DNA of 64,000 bases. Origin: a virus. Under the pieces are notes generated by a model, which saw nothing but the letters and a program-made list of their open reading frames with translations, had not been told where the DNA came from and searched no databases. The stretch spans positions 1 to 64,000 of the IMG/VR virus record IMGVR_UViG_3300043772_001004, one strand, 5' to 3'. How positions within the stretch are numbered: the first letter of the stretch is position 1; each line of letters starts with the position of its first letter. Made by a program: the position numbers and the translations under genes. Positions 55,619 to 64,000 of the stretch are shown here, piece by piece.

Positions 55619-56283
55619 TATCTAAGAGTGTTTTGACCATCATCAGCACCATCTGAAGGTACTTGCATAGTCATGGTTAATTCTTTAATTACAAATTGCT
55701 CTACTTCAGAAAATAAATATTCTGGAATATTCAGTTGTTTATCTTGAGCTATTTCACATTGTTCTTTATCATTGCAAGGATCAGTAACTCCGTCAAATAC
55801 TGCCTCTACTTTAATTGCTTCCCAATCAATATTAGGTGCATATAAGTAACCATTTAAATACCAGAAATACTTTCTAGTGTTATATTTAAATGTTGTTGTT
55901 TTAGTCATAGAAACCCAAGTACCTGGATCTGTTCTAAACATTTCTATACTACCATCTATTGAAGACACTGTACGTATAATAGGTCCCATTGCACCATTGA
56001 GAATAGTTGGAAGCTTTTCTTTTGATCTTTTAAAGTAACATCCTGAATAAACTCCAAAACAACCAGCCTCTACCTTATCTACATCAATAAGCTCTACATA
56101 GGGAAGAACTTGAAAGATTGAACTAATCTTCATTAACCTAAACTGGTTGTCTTCTCTCTTCATAAGAGTTTGACCATACTTTAGCAATGAGCTATAAATT
56201 ACCCTATCAGTTAAGAACGGATCTTCCTTAACTGCTTTTAGAGTATTTCTAACTCTTGATATTGCTTCTCCAATAGTTGTCAT
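55618..56283 (-). CDS. Tail ring/adaptor-type structural protein (221 aa)
   Basis: MTTIGEAISRVR...LTDRVIY, KRSKEKLP, YFWYLNGYLY; position between the IHF-like and ring genes. Confidence 0.62.
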   Translation of the reverse strand: MTTIGEAISRVRNTLKAVKEDPFLTDRVIYSSLLKYGQTLMKREDNQFRLMKISSIFQVLPYVELIDVDKVEAGCFGVYSGCYFKRSKEKLPTILNGAMGPIIRTVSSIDGSIEMFRTDPGTWVSMTKTTTFKYNTRKYFWYLNGYLYAPNIDWEAIKVEAVFDGVTDPCNDKEQCEIAQDKQLNIPEYLFSEVEQFVIKELTMTMQVPSDGADDGQNTLR

Positions 56284-56861
56284 AGTTCAAATTCATTATA
56301 GTTTTCTAATTTTTTCTTATCAGCACTAATAAGATAATCTGCATAAAGTTTTCCAGTATATAGCTTATCTATTTTAGCTGTGGGTAAAACCTGCAAATAA
56401 ATATTCCAGTTTTCTGTATATGCTTTTGCTACTGCTCTTTTAAATTCTCTGCATGCAGTAAATCCCCAAAATTCTCTATTCTTCATTTTGTGTTTAGGAG
56501 CATAGTTTGAAAAAAATATTTTAGCAAGTTTACCATCTGTTTCCCAGTTTTTATTTGTTACCGCAACACCATACTTATTAGACTTAGCAAAATCAATATT
56601 ATCTTTCTTACTTGTTTGACATGTTCCAATAAATAACCATCCCACCTGCTCTGGTAACAATACTCCATCTCTTGTATCAATAACTGTCTGATATAAAATT
56701 TGATTAAATCTTTTAATGATCTTTCTCAAATCTTTATCATCCATGTTTTTATACTTAGGATGTTTCTTTTTAAAACTTTCAAAGAACTCTTTGTTCATTG
56801 TTGTGTGCACGTCAGGTCTATACCTGGGAGCAGTAAGATCTGGCTTTTTAAATTCCTTCAT
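56280..56861 (-). CDS. IHF/HU-like DNA-binding protein of crAss-like phages (193 aa)
   Basis: Basic; two helices then DGVLLPEQVGWLFI (HU-like G-V-x-L-x-x-G-x-F strand pattern); expected position before the tail genes. Confidence 0.65.
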   Translation of the reverse strand: MKEFKKPDLTAPRYRPDVHTTMNKEFFESFKKKHPKYKNMDDKDLRKIIKRFNQILYQTVIDTRDGVLLPEQVGWLFIGTCQTSKKDNIDFAKSNKYGVAVTNKNWETDGKLAKIFFSNYAPKHKMKNREFWGFTACREFKRAVAKAYTENWNIYLQVLPTAKIDKLYTGKLYADYLISADKKKLENYNEFEL

Positions 56862-56873
56862 ACTATACTATTT

Positions 56874-56883
56874 AATATACTAA
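56874..56883 (-). promoter_or_regulatory. Candidate late promoter element TTAGTATATT
   Basis: Exact repeat of the 10-mer, 12 nt upstream of the IHF-like start and just downstream of a terminator. Confidence 0.6.
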
Positions 56884-56912
56884 AAAATAATGACTTTAAC
56901 AAATATAGGAAT

Positions 56913-56943
56913 AAAAGCAAAACCCCCGCTAGTGCAGGGGTTC
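56913..56943 (-). terminator. Intrinsic terminator after the 81-aa gene
   Basis: - strand AACCCCTGC-ACTA-GCGGGGGTT followed by TTGCTTTT. Confidence 0.75.
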
Positions 56944-56984
56944 TACCCGTTGTTACAGAAACCAACAAACTGCAACTTTATATT

Positions 56985-57230
56985 TTAACAGAAGTAAGCA
57001 ACAATTAACTGTAGTGCTTCTGCCATATTTGTATTAGTAGGTACAACAACCTCTAAACCACAAAGAATTGGATCTCCTGTGTATACTACACATTCTGCAT
57101 CAAAAACTTCAGAACATGTTAAAGGTGTTGGGCATCCTGCTGGAGTTGGACATGGTGCAGGAGATACTAGAGCAGTATCTGAACATCCGCATTTTTTACA
57201 TCCACAAGAAGTACAAGTATTATGAGCCAT
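56985..57230 (-). CDS. Small Cys-rich structural protein (81 aa)
   Basis: CTSCGCKKCGC N-terminus; CSEVFDAECVVYTG..ILC resembles the N-terminus of the adjacent 566-aa protein. Confidence 0.75.
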   Translation of the reverse strand: MAHNTCTSCGCKKCGCSDTALVSPAPCPTPAGCPTPLTCSEVFDAECVVYTGDPILCGLEVVVPTNTNMAEALQLIVAYFC

Positions 57231-57241
57231 AGTTTAATTTA

Positions 57242-58942
57242 TTAAGGACAAACAATTGGTGTTGGTATATCAGTAGTACAAGGATCTATATATGCAACTA
57301 AGCCATCAAGTTGAATTCTAAATCCAGCAACTTGTTGCTCATCATTTGCATTGCAAGCAAAAGGATACGTTAGTGCTGCATTATATTCCATATCTAGTGC
57401 AATAGTTCCAGCTGCAGCATTACTATTCACATTAGTATTAGCATTATTAAATGATGGAACATAGTCTCCCAATCTAACATGTGATACAATATAATTTAAA
57501 TGTGAAGTGTTAAGACCACCTGATCCCGAAAAGGCATTTTGTTCAGCATTTTTAGGAAGAGAAAGGGTTAGTATTTTATTTGCAGTAATTGAAATATTAA
57601 ACAATCCAGATAAAATACTACTTGTTACTGGAGAAGCATCAACTTGTATTGGTCTTGCTCCAATTAAAAAATTAGTTGAATATGTATTATCAAATACCTC
57701 ACCTGCACCCATAATAGAAGCTGGTATAACTGAGTTACCTTGATTAAATGTAACTGAACCAGCAGCTGATGTAACTACTGATCCTGCTCCAACAGAAGCT
57801 GGTGTAACAGTAGTAGAAAGATAGTAAGTATCTACAGCAGGTGCAAAACCATAGTTCCATCCTAAAACAGAACCAGTTCCATCATCAATTGGAATAACTA
57901 GAAGTCCTCTAAAGTGTACAACATTACCAATTCTTCTTGCTTGTGGTACAAGAGTTGATCCAGTAGTTCCTGAGTAATATCCAAATCCATCAAGATCTAC
58001 CCAACCTGTATCTAATAGTTTTGCAGAAAAAGTATGTGCAGGTCCACTAGATACAGTTAATTGTATTGTTGATGTTGTATCTCCGGTAAAGGTTAATGAT
58101 GTTAAATAGTTATAAATATCACAAACAGTAATCCATAAATTAGTAATTGCATCTGCTACTGTTGTTGGTGTGTTTACCCAACTACCTAAGTATTCAGTTG
58201 CAAATGGAACTGGAGGATTTGTTAGTGTTACTGATGTATTTGCAATACACTGACTTAATACAGAACTTGCAATTGCTGAAGGTAATCCTGTTGATGTCAA
58301 TAATGCACAATAACCATAAGTATTATCATTTACTAATGCATTAAGAACAATATCAATTGTATATGTATTTCCTGCAATTACTGTTGGATTAGATAATGTA
58401 CAGTCTACTGAAATTGATGGAGTAGTAAATGATGGAGGAGGAGCACTTTCTAATGCTGTAACTCTAATATTTAAATTATCTAGTTGAGTATTAATAAGAG
58501 TTATCTGATCAACAATAGAACAAATTTTAGCACCCATTGCTTGAGCATATTCAGCAATAGTCATTACAGTTGTTGTACCAATAACAAAACATGGAGCAAT
58601 AGAAACAAGAGTATCTGCACCTGTTGATTTAGGTACAGATCCTGGTGTTGCAGCTTCTGCTGCATTTACTGCTTCAAGATCACAAATTCTTCCAATTAAA
58701 AACTGAATTAACTCTTGAATATTTTGAGGCTTACAACTTGCTAAATCAAAACAAGATAAGTCATAACCATTAACATCCAAAAGATCCATGATGTTACAAA
58801 GCTCCATACCAAGCTTGTAAACTACATTAGATACTGTATCTCCCGTACAAAGTTTAATACATGGAATATCTGGACCTTGCCAAATCACACAGTTACTTGA
58901 GATTGGGCTACATGGACTGTTATCTAAATTTATAGGTTTCAT
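57242..58942 (-). CDS. Putative fibre/spike protein (566 aa)
   Basis: Cys-rich N-terminal module, short coiled coil (INTQLDNLNIRVTALE), and a C-terminal DTGWVDL...ARRIGNVVHFRG beta domain of the kind seen in phage fibre tips. Confidence 0.6.
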   Translation of the reverse strand: MKPINLDNSPCSPISSNCVIWQGPDIPCIKLCTGDTVSNVVYKLGMELCNIMDLLDVNGYDLSCFDLASCKPQNIQELIQFLIGRICDLEAVNAAEAATPGSVPKSTGADTLVSIAPCFVIGTTTVMTIAEYAQAMGAKICSIVDQITLINTQLDNLNIRVTALESAPPPSFTTPSISVDCTLSNPTVIAGNTYTIDIVLNALVNDNTYGYCALLTSTGLPSAIASSVLSQCIANTSVTLTNPPVPFATEYLGSWVNTPTTVADAITNLWITVCDIYNYLTSLTFTGDTTSTIQLTVSSGPAHTFSAKLLDTGWVDLDGFGYYSGTTGSTLVPQARRIGNVVHFRGLLVIPIDDGTGSVLGWNYGFAPAVDTYYLSTTVTPASVGAGSVVTSAAGSVTFNQGNSVIPASIMGAGEVFDNTYSTNFLIGARPIQVDASPVTSSILSGLFNISITANKILTLSLPKNAEQNAFSGSGGLNTSHLNYIVSHVRLGDYVPSFNNANTNVNSNAAAGTIALDMEYNAALTYPFACNANDEQQVAGFRIQLDGLVAYIDPCTTDIPTPIVCP

Positions 58943-58948
58943 ATCTAT

Positions 58949-58958
58949 AATATACTAA
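58949..58958 (-). promoter_or_regulatory. Candidate late promoter element TTAGTATATT
   Basis: Exact 10-mer in the 19-nt gap, 6 nt upstream of the 566-aa start. Confidence 0.55.
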
Positions 58959-58961
58959 TTA

Positions 58962-61169
58962 TTATTGAGAATTACAAGGAATAGTTGCAGTACACCCACA
59001 AGATGATTGTCCGCATGATGGTGTATTTGGACAACAAGGATTTACCACAGTACATTCATAGTCTGGATCTCTAAGTGCATCCAAATCTATAAGTTCCTTT
59101 TTGATTAACCATTTGTCAGTATCTTCTGGACAACAATCTGATATACCATATCTTAAATAGAGTACTTGTTTGTAATATACTTCTGCAGACTTACAAGATA
59201 TTTTTTCATATTTTGCTGTAGTACATGCTGGTGTATTATATCCTGGTTGTACACTTCTTCTTGGATAAACAATTGCTGGACATTCCCAAACATCAGTTGA
59301 TGTTTCCGTACAATTACCAAAGGTTTCTATATAGTCTGTTTCAGGATAATATTGTGCCCATGCGCGTATGCAGAATCTTTCAGAAGTTTCACCAGCTACA
59401 AGTGTAAATATTTGCAATCCAAGTTCACAATCATAGTATTGATATTCTTTAGTTGTAGTGCTATCATTTCTAACTGTTGTACAAATACAAGGGAATGTAA
59501 GTAAACATTCTTCACAGTCATTATATTCTACTTCTGGAATTACTATACCAGCATTTGTAGCCAATGGTGTTGTAGCTACTGACCAACAAGTTTCAGGACA
59601 ATAGAGTATTTTAATTACATCTCCTACATATTGACTAAGATCTGTATAAGTAATAATTGGATCTTTATATCCTGTACAATCTGTAAGCAAGTAATAATCC
59701 CTTGCACATTCTATACAATCTATATATGCTACATCTACAGTTATAGGTACGTCAGATGGTATGTCTTCTATTTCTTCTACATACCAACATCCAGGACAAT
59801 CTAATCTAGTAATTACTTGACCAACATAAGCACTTAAATCTGTACTAGTATAAACTATAAGTGTTTGATTATCACAATTAGTTAGTTTATATTTTGGTGC
59901 ATTTTGACATGTGGGACAGTCTTCATATGATTGTAACACAGTTACATCTATTGCACAATCACATTCTGCAGTATCTGCAACTTCCCAACAAGTACCAGGA
60001 TAACCATCAAGTACTACAATTTTACCTAAAATTGCATATGGACTTAATGAAGGCTTAGTAGCATATATTGGATCTAAGATTCCAGCACAGTCTGTTAAAA
60101 CAAAACACTCTGGTGGACAGCTCCATTCTCCAGTAGTTAAATCATTTTCACATGGTCCACTGCTAGTTACTACAGGAATATTTGGTGTTGGTCCTGGAAT
60201 TACTGGATATATTTGTGAACATATTTGTAATTCCGGAAGAGTTAATGGTATACTTTCAATTTCTCCTGTTTCACAATTAAGATAAAATACAGCTTTAGCC
60301 TCCCCTATAATAGTATAACAAGTACATTCACAATTACATTCTTGACCAATTACCTCTACTTCTACAGCATCTGCACAAGTTCCGGCTGTTGTTAATTGAA
60401 CATAAAAACATCCTAATGATGGTTCCCCAATTAAATTTATTTCTACAAACTCTCCTATATAGTCCTCAAGATCAGTGTATGTATTAAATGGAGGAATAGT
60501 ACCGTCACATGAGTATAATCTATAACAAGGAACATCACATCCTGGACATACTGTTGTATCATTACAATCTAATGCTTCTGTGTAATTAGCTGTACTATTA
60601 GCTGGTACATCTGGAAGATTACCATAATAAGTAGGATCTTGTGTAGTAGCATTAGCTACTGTATAACAAGTATTTGTTTCTAATCCTTGATATGGAGCAC
60701 CTGTATATAAATATGTTCCCGGTGCTATGCTAACAAAAGCTATTTTACCGGGACCAAATGAAAGAACTTCTAGTGTACAGCAATTTGTAAACTCATAGTA
60801 TCTAAAACTTGTAAGGCAAGGTTCTGCTGCATTAAATTCTATCTCTGCTTCAGTACAAAGAATTACATTATTAATATCTGTGTTATCATAAAATGCTGCA
60901 GTTACTATACATCCATTAGCACCATTAGAAATTAAATTATTAAGTGTATATGATATTGTAACTACTGCATTATCTGGAAATGGTCCTGTTGCAACAAAAT
61001 TAGATCCACCACCACAGGTAGTTCCAAAAACTACATAACCATCTGTTCCAGAATTTAATTGTCCAGGAGGATTTATTATTGATATTTGACCAGTAATAGA
61101 ATATAACCCAGTAAGTGGGTCACATGCTGATACTATTGCCGTAAATGAACCTGGAACAACTACACACAT
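58962..61169 (-). CDS. Cys-rich repeat structural protein (735 aa)
   Basis: About 58 Cys by manual count; repeated Y-x-L-x-x-C...DL-x-x-Y-(V/I)-G...C-(W/F)-x-V...DCxxC units. Confidence 0.75.
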   Translation of the reverse strand: MCVVVPGSFTAIVSACDPLTGLYSITGQISIINPPGQLNSGTDGYVVFGTTCGGGSNFVATGPFPDNAVVTISYTLNNLISNGANGCIVTAAFYDNTDINNVILCTEAEIEFNAAEPCLTSFRYYEFTNCCTLEVLSFGPGKIAFVSIAPGTYLYTGAPYQGLETNTCYTVANATTQDPTYYGNLPDVPANSTANYTEALDCNDTTVCPGCDVPCYRLYSCDGTIPPFNTYTDLEDYIGEFVEINLIGEPSLGCFYVQLTTAGTCADAVEVEVIGQECNCECTCYTIIGEAKAVFYLNCETGEIESIPLTLPELQICSQIYPVIPGPTPNIPVVTSSGPCENDLTTGEWSCPPECFVLTDCAGILDPIYATKPSLSPYAILGKIVVLDGYPGTCWEVADTAECDCAIDVTVLQSYEDCPTCQNAPKYKLTNCDNQTLIVYTSTDLSAYVGQVITRLDCPGCWYVEEIEDIPSDVPITVDVAYIDCIECARDYYLLTDCTGYKDPIITYTDLSQYVGDVIKILYCPETCWSVATTPLATNAGIVIPEVEYNDCEECLLTFPCICTTVRNDSTTTKEYQYYDCELGLQIFTLVAGETSERFCIRAWAQYYPETDYIETFGNCTETSTDVWECPAIVYPRRSVQPGYNTPACTTAKYEKISCKSAEVYYKQVLYLRYGISDCCPEDTDKWLIKKELIDLDALRDPDYECTVVNPCCPNTPSCGQSSCGCTATIPCNSQ
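59506..60527 (-). repeat. Protein-level ~65-aa Cys repeats (four copies) inside the 735-aa gene
   Basis: CYRLYSC..TDLEDYIG..CFYV; CFVLTDC..SLSPY..CWEV..DCPTC; YKLTNC..TDLSAYVG..CWYV..DCIEC; YLLTDC..TDLSQYVG..CWSV..DCEEC. Confidence 0.8.
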
Positions 61170-61327
61170 TATTTAATAAATTTTTGTAAATTATCGTTGG
61201 GCTTATTAACTTTTAATTTTGCTTCATATTTTGCTAAACAATTAGCACAAACTTGTTGACCATCAGATGCTTTTCTTTTCTGACATCCACAAGATAATTT
61301 TGATTTGCAATTTCCACATACTGACAT
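61169..61327 (-). CDS. Small Cys-rich protein (52 aa), not in the supplied ORF track
   Basis: Translated by hand: MSVCGNCKSKLSCGCQKRKASDGQQVCANCLAKYEAKLKVNKPNDNLQKFIK; fills the gap and its TAA overlaps the next ATG (TAATG). Confidence 0.8.
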   Translation of the reverse strand: MSVCGNCKSKLSCGCQKRKASDGQQVCANCLAKYEAKLKVNKPNDNLQKFIK

Positions 61328-61348
61328 AACTATTGGTTTTTATTTGGT

Positions 61349-61918
61349 TTAACAATTTGTACAAGACATTTTATTTAAAAGTTTAAGGGCATAATTGTAT
61401 AAGCTCATACCTTTCTGTGGCTCAAGACAAAACTCTACCTTAGACTTTGCTGCTTGAAGATACATAAATATTAATCTAAGTTCTTCAAGTTTTTGTTGAA
61501 TTTTATATGGGGGATCACATGCTGCAACATCTATATCACAAAGAATTTTGTAATACTTATTTAGTGCAGCTGTCATTCTCATATGATTATACTCTACATA
61601 TACAGTGTCATTTGGGGACACACTGTATTTTATAATATATATACCGTCTGGTAAATTAAAATACTTAGTACCGCATTCTGTAGTTTGTAATTGTAAATCA
61701 CATGCAGTTAAAGTTATGTGACCTGTATTAACAAAATTAGTCATTGCAGTTCCTTCTATCTGGTTAGAATAACCAAATCCCGGTACTGTAACATTTAGTG
61801 TAGGGCATACTATTGGAATAGCAGGATCTGCTGTCTGATATACACTTGTGTCAAGTATCTTAAGAATGCATTCATTCATTACTTGAGGCACCTCTAAACT
61901 TAATACATGATTTGCCAT
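61349..61918 (-). CDS. Conserved-type virion structural protein (189 aa)
   Basis: ILDTSVY...LPDGIYIIKYSVSP beta-sandwich pattern followed by a helical Cys-containing tail; capsid-module position. Confidence 0.6.
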   Translation of the reverse strand: MANHVLSLEVPQVMNECILKILDTSVYQTADPAIPIVCPTLNVTVPGFGYSNQIEGTAMTNFVNTGHITLTACDLQLQTTECGTKYFNLPDGIYIIKYSVSPNDTVYVEYNHMRMTAALNKYYKILCDIDVAACDPPYKIQQKLEELRLIFMYLQAAKSKVEFCLEPQKGMSLYNYALKLLNKMSCTNC

Positions 61919-61928
61919 AACTTTATTT

Positions 61929-61971
61929 TAAAAATAAAGGGAGAGGAGTATAAACTCTCTCTCCCCTTTAT
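61929..61971 (-). terminator. Intrinsic terminator after the 554-aa capsid-associated gene
   Basis: - strand ATAAAGGGGAGAGAGAGT-TTAT-ACTCCTCTCCCTTTAT then TTTT. Confidence 0.75.
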
Positions 61972-61992
61972 CTATTTATTAACCTTTAATTC

Positions 61993-63657
61993 TTAGATTC
62001 CACACTGAGCTGGAAGAGCTGGGAATGCAATTGCTAAGCAATTTGAAAGACAAGCAAATGTCTCAATGTTACAGTCATTATCACAGTTTGTTAACCATGT
62101 GGTTACTGCAGCTTCAAATGCTGTAGCGGTAGTAGAATCAGTAAAGATAACTTCTAATAGGTATTGATCATTGTCAAATGTACCAGTTGGATTATTAAAT
62201 CTTGGAACACTATGTTGCAAGTAATCTCTATAGTAGAGTGCTTGTCTGTTGATAGCATTTACAATTTGGTTACCTTGAGTGATCTCCCGGATTCTGAAAT
62301 CAGAAGAGAAGAAATTTTGTCTGTAAGACTCAGAAAGAATAATATCTCTAAGAACTGACTCACCAAGACCCATTGCTTGAGATCCTAAACACTCATTAAC
62401 TACACAAAGACCTGTAAATTCACATGGATCACCATTTAAGTCTACTTCACTTACATGTAAATCAACTGGTTGTTTCTCATAGAAGTCAGAAATTTGGAAA
62501 GTACAATCTCCAAATCTAGTATCTACATAAGCACCATTAAGGATCAAACCTGCACAAGCATTAGTTGTGTGTCCTGGAGATACATAATTATCCCAAGTAT
62601 CAGCACCTTCAGCAGCTAAGAAAGTAGCATCTGTTCCTGGAGCATACCAAATAACACCAGTCTCATCTTGAATAGCAATCTGAATGAATGGAGATACAAT
62701 TGGAGAGTTTAACAAGTCATTAGCCCAAAGGATCATTACTTCAGTAGAATCTACTGGAGTTGGAGCAATAGTTCCTGCAGGACAACAACCAGTATAAGCA
62801 GTTGCAGTATAGTATGCATTGTGATTTAAGAATCTCAAAGCTGGAGAACCTTTAACATCTAAACGAAGATTATAAGTCTCACCACATAAAAACTCTTTAC
62901 AACAATTTGTTCCAGGGATAACTGGATCAATTGCAGGAGTAACAAATACAATAGTGTATACAGCAAGAGTACCAGGTGTTCCAGAAGGAGAATTAATTGT
63001 TACAGTATCACCAACTTCATAACCCTTACCAAGACTTGCAATTCCTGTTACAGTTGGTACACCAGCAGCAATTGTAATAAACAATGTAAGACCAGTACCA
63101 GTACCTGATGTAGTTACTGTATCAACAACTACAGCTGTTGCAGAGTTAGGTGCATATCCAACACCTGGAGTAGTAACAGAACCAGTTGTTACACCACCAC
63201 CTAAACTAGAATAAGTAGAACCAACGTGTACTACATTGTTAGATGGAGGACAAGAATCTACACCATAAAATCTAGATACATATCTAGGATTGATTAATTT
63301 AGATTTGTTAGTCTCTTGGTATCCACCTAAGAACGGACTAATTTTGTCCTCACAGTAGATTGCAGAACCTACTAAGTAAAGTGGACAACATGTAGTTAAA
63401 TCTCCAGTAGATACAGAAACCATATTTTTTGTAAATAATCCAACATAATTGTTAGAGTAATTACCTTGTGAAATAGTTGCTGCTGCAGCCAACTGATTCA
63501 TAACAATAGTTGGTAAAAGAGAAGATGCAGTACTCAAAAATCCACCAACTGCTGTTGCTGGACCAAGAGATGCACCAGCTGGATTTGTAGCTGTTATGGT
63601 AATATCATCACCAGTAGCTAAAAACGTTTTCTTAAACGCATGATTAAAATAAGCCAT
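61993..63657 (-). CDS. Capsid-associated structural protein (554 aa), probably auxiliary-capsid type
   Basis: GETYNLRLDVKGS pattern and beta-rich composition; own promoter-like motif and terminator suggest high expression; Gly/Thr-rich inserted domain. Confidence 0.55.
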   Translation of the reverse strand: MAYFNHAFKKTFLATGDDITITATNPAGASLGPATAVGGFLSTASSLLPTIVMNQLAAAATISQGNYSNNYVGLFTKNMVSVSTGDLTTCCPLYLVGSAIYCEDKISPFLGGYQETNKSKLINPRYVSRFYGVDSCPPSNNVVHVGSTYSSLGGGVTTGSVTTPGVGYAPNSATAVVVDTVTTSGTGTGLTLFITIAAGVPTVTGIASLGKGYEVGDTVTINSPSGTPGTLAVYTIVFVTPAIDPVIPGTNCCKEFLCGETYNLRLDVKGSPALRFLNHNAYYTATAYTGCCPAGTIAPTPVDSTEVMILWANDLLNSPIVSPFIQIAIQDETGVIWYAPGTDATFLAAEGADTWDNYVSPGHTTNACAGLILNGAYVDTRFGDCTFQISDFYEKQPVDLHVSEVDLNGDPCEFTGLCVVNECLGSQAMGLGESVLRDIILSESYRQNFFSSDFRIREITQGNQIVNAINRQALYYRDYLQHSVPRFNNPTGTFDNDQYLLEVIFTDSTTATAFEAAVTTWLTNCDNDCNIETFACLSNCLAIAFPALPAQCGI

Positions 63658-63693
63658 TTTTTTAAATTTTAGTTAAACATAAATATATATTAT

Positions 63694-63703
63694 AATATAG
63701 TAA
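63694..63703 (-). promoter_or_regulatory. Candidate late promoter element variant TTACTATATT
   Basis: One mismatch to the 10-mer, in the gap 36 nt upstream of the 554-aa start. Confidence 0.5.
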
Positions 63704-63723
63704 AAATATTTCTAACTCCAAAA

Positions 63724-64000
63724 TTATTTTAAGAAAAGTAATTTATACTTTCCAGAGTTAATAGTATCTTTTACTGTATCTAATGAGTTTACAATTTCTG
63801 AATAAGGCATTTTAGCTTGTAAGGTATTTATCATTTGATACATATCTCTTAGGTAAGCAATACCTTCTTCAACTGTATTTAAAGTTCTTGGTGCAGATTC
63901 TTTGTAATCAAGAAGTTTTTCTGAAGCACCTTGATATCCTTCTGCAAGATCATCTGCATGACCAGGAAGAGCATCATATAATTCATTCAATGCTTTGTGT
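63724..64000 (-). CDS. Ferritin/Dps-like four-helix protein (DUF5856-like), 5' end outside the window
   Basis: Frame stays open to the edge: ...HKALNELYDALPGHADDLAEGYQG...EIVNSLD...KYKLLFLK; H-x-A-L..Y...D-x-x-A-E is the Dps-like pattern. Confidence 0.7.
   Translation of the reverse strand, partial: HKALNELYDALPGHADDLAEGYQGASEKLLDYKESAPRTLNTVEEGIAYLRDMYQMINTLQAKMPYSEIVNSLDTVKDTINSGKYKLLFLK

Noticed and set aside
56700-57008. 102-aa + strand ORF spanning the intergenic gap
   Set aside because: It is antisense to two genes and crosses a terminator and promoter motif; no protein-like features
48655-61169. Eukaryotic or giant-virus origin suggested by the SET domain and Cys-rich repeats
   Set aside because: Overlapping stop/start coupling, intrinsic terminators, a LysM domain and crAss-like gene order indicate a bacteriophage
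823-62358. The many 60-144 aa ORFs nested in or antisense to the long genes
   Set aside because: They lie within long coding genes, show composition typical of antisense or shifted frames, and have no recognisable motifs
61993-63657. Calling the 554-aa protein the major capsid protein
   Set aside because: I could not recognise HK97-fold features; pattern and position fit an auxiliary capsid protein better, and the MCP probably lies outside the window
63724-63990. The TTG start at 63990 given by the ORF track
   Set aside because: The frame continues to the window edge and includes the HKAL motif, so the true start is outside the window
1-64000. Stop-codon reassignment as in some crAss-like phages
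   Set aside because: Genes up to 10 kb are intact in the standard code and tile the window; TAG (28939) and TGA (56280) act as normal stops
1-64000. CRISPR array, tRNA genes, integrase or diversity-generating retroelement
   Set aside because: Intergenic gaps are short, and I saw no spaced DNA repeats, cloverleaf, recombinase or reverse transcriptase motifs

Overview
A 64 kb, AT-rich, gene-dense segment of a crAss-like (Crassvirales-type) phage, most likely infecting Bacteroidota. It reads in the standard genetic code; I saw no tRNA, CRISPR array or integrase. The left 3.3 kb (+ strand) is the end of the replication arm: a family B DNA polymerase, a DUF932-like protein and a small basic ORF. 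The remaining ~60 kb (- strand, read right to left) is the virion arm: a ferritin-like gene cut by the window edge, capsid-associated and very Cys-rich structural proteins, an IHF/HU-like protein, two tail ring proteins, the tail stabilisation/muzzle protein, five large cargo-type proteins (1741, 1506, 1256, 1119, 1052 aa) and three giant proteins (2413, 3480, 2631 aa), including the virion RNA polymerase (DFDID). Two patterns stand out. First, four adjacent cargo proteins are strings of unrelated domains (SET methyltransferase, zincin, beta-barrel-like and others) delimited by recurring xxGG and L-x-K-A-x-x-G peptides and sharing terminal tags, which suggests a modular tagged or processed effector-delivery system. 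Second, the three giant proteins (8,524 aa) have only four cysteines by my manual scan, all at the termini that face each other, which suggests head-to-tail linkage. All family assignments come from motif recognition and gene order by eye, not from database searches.
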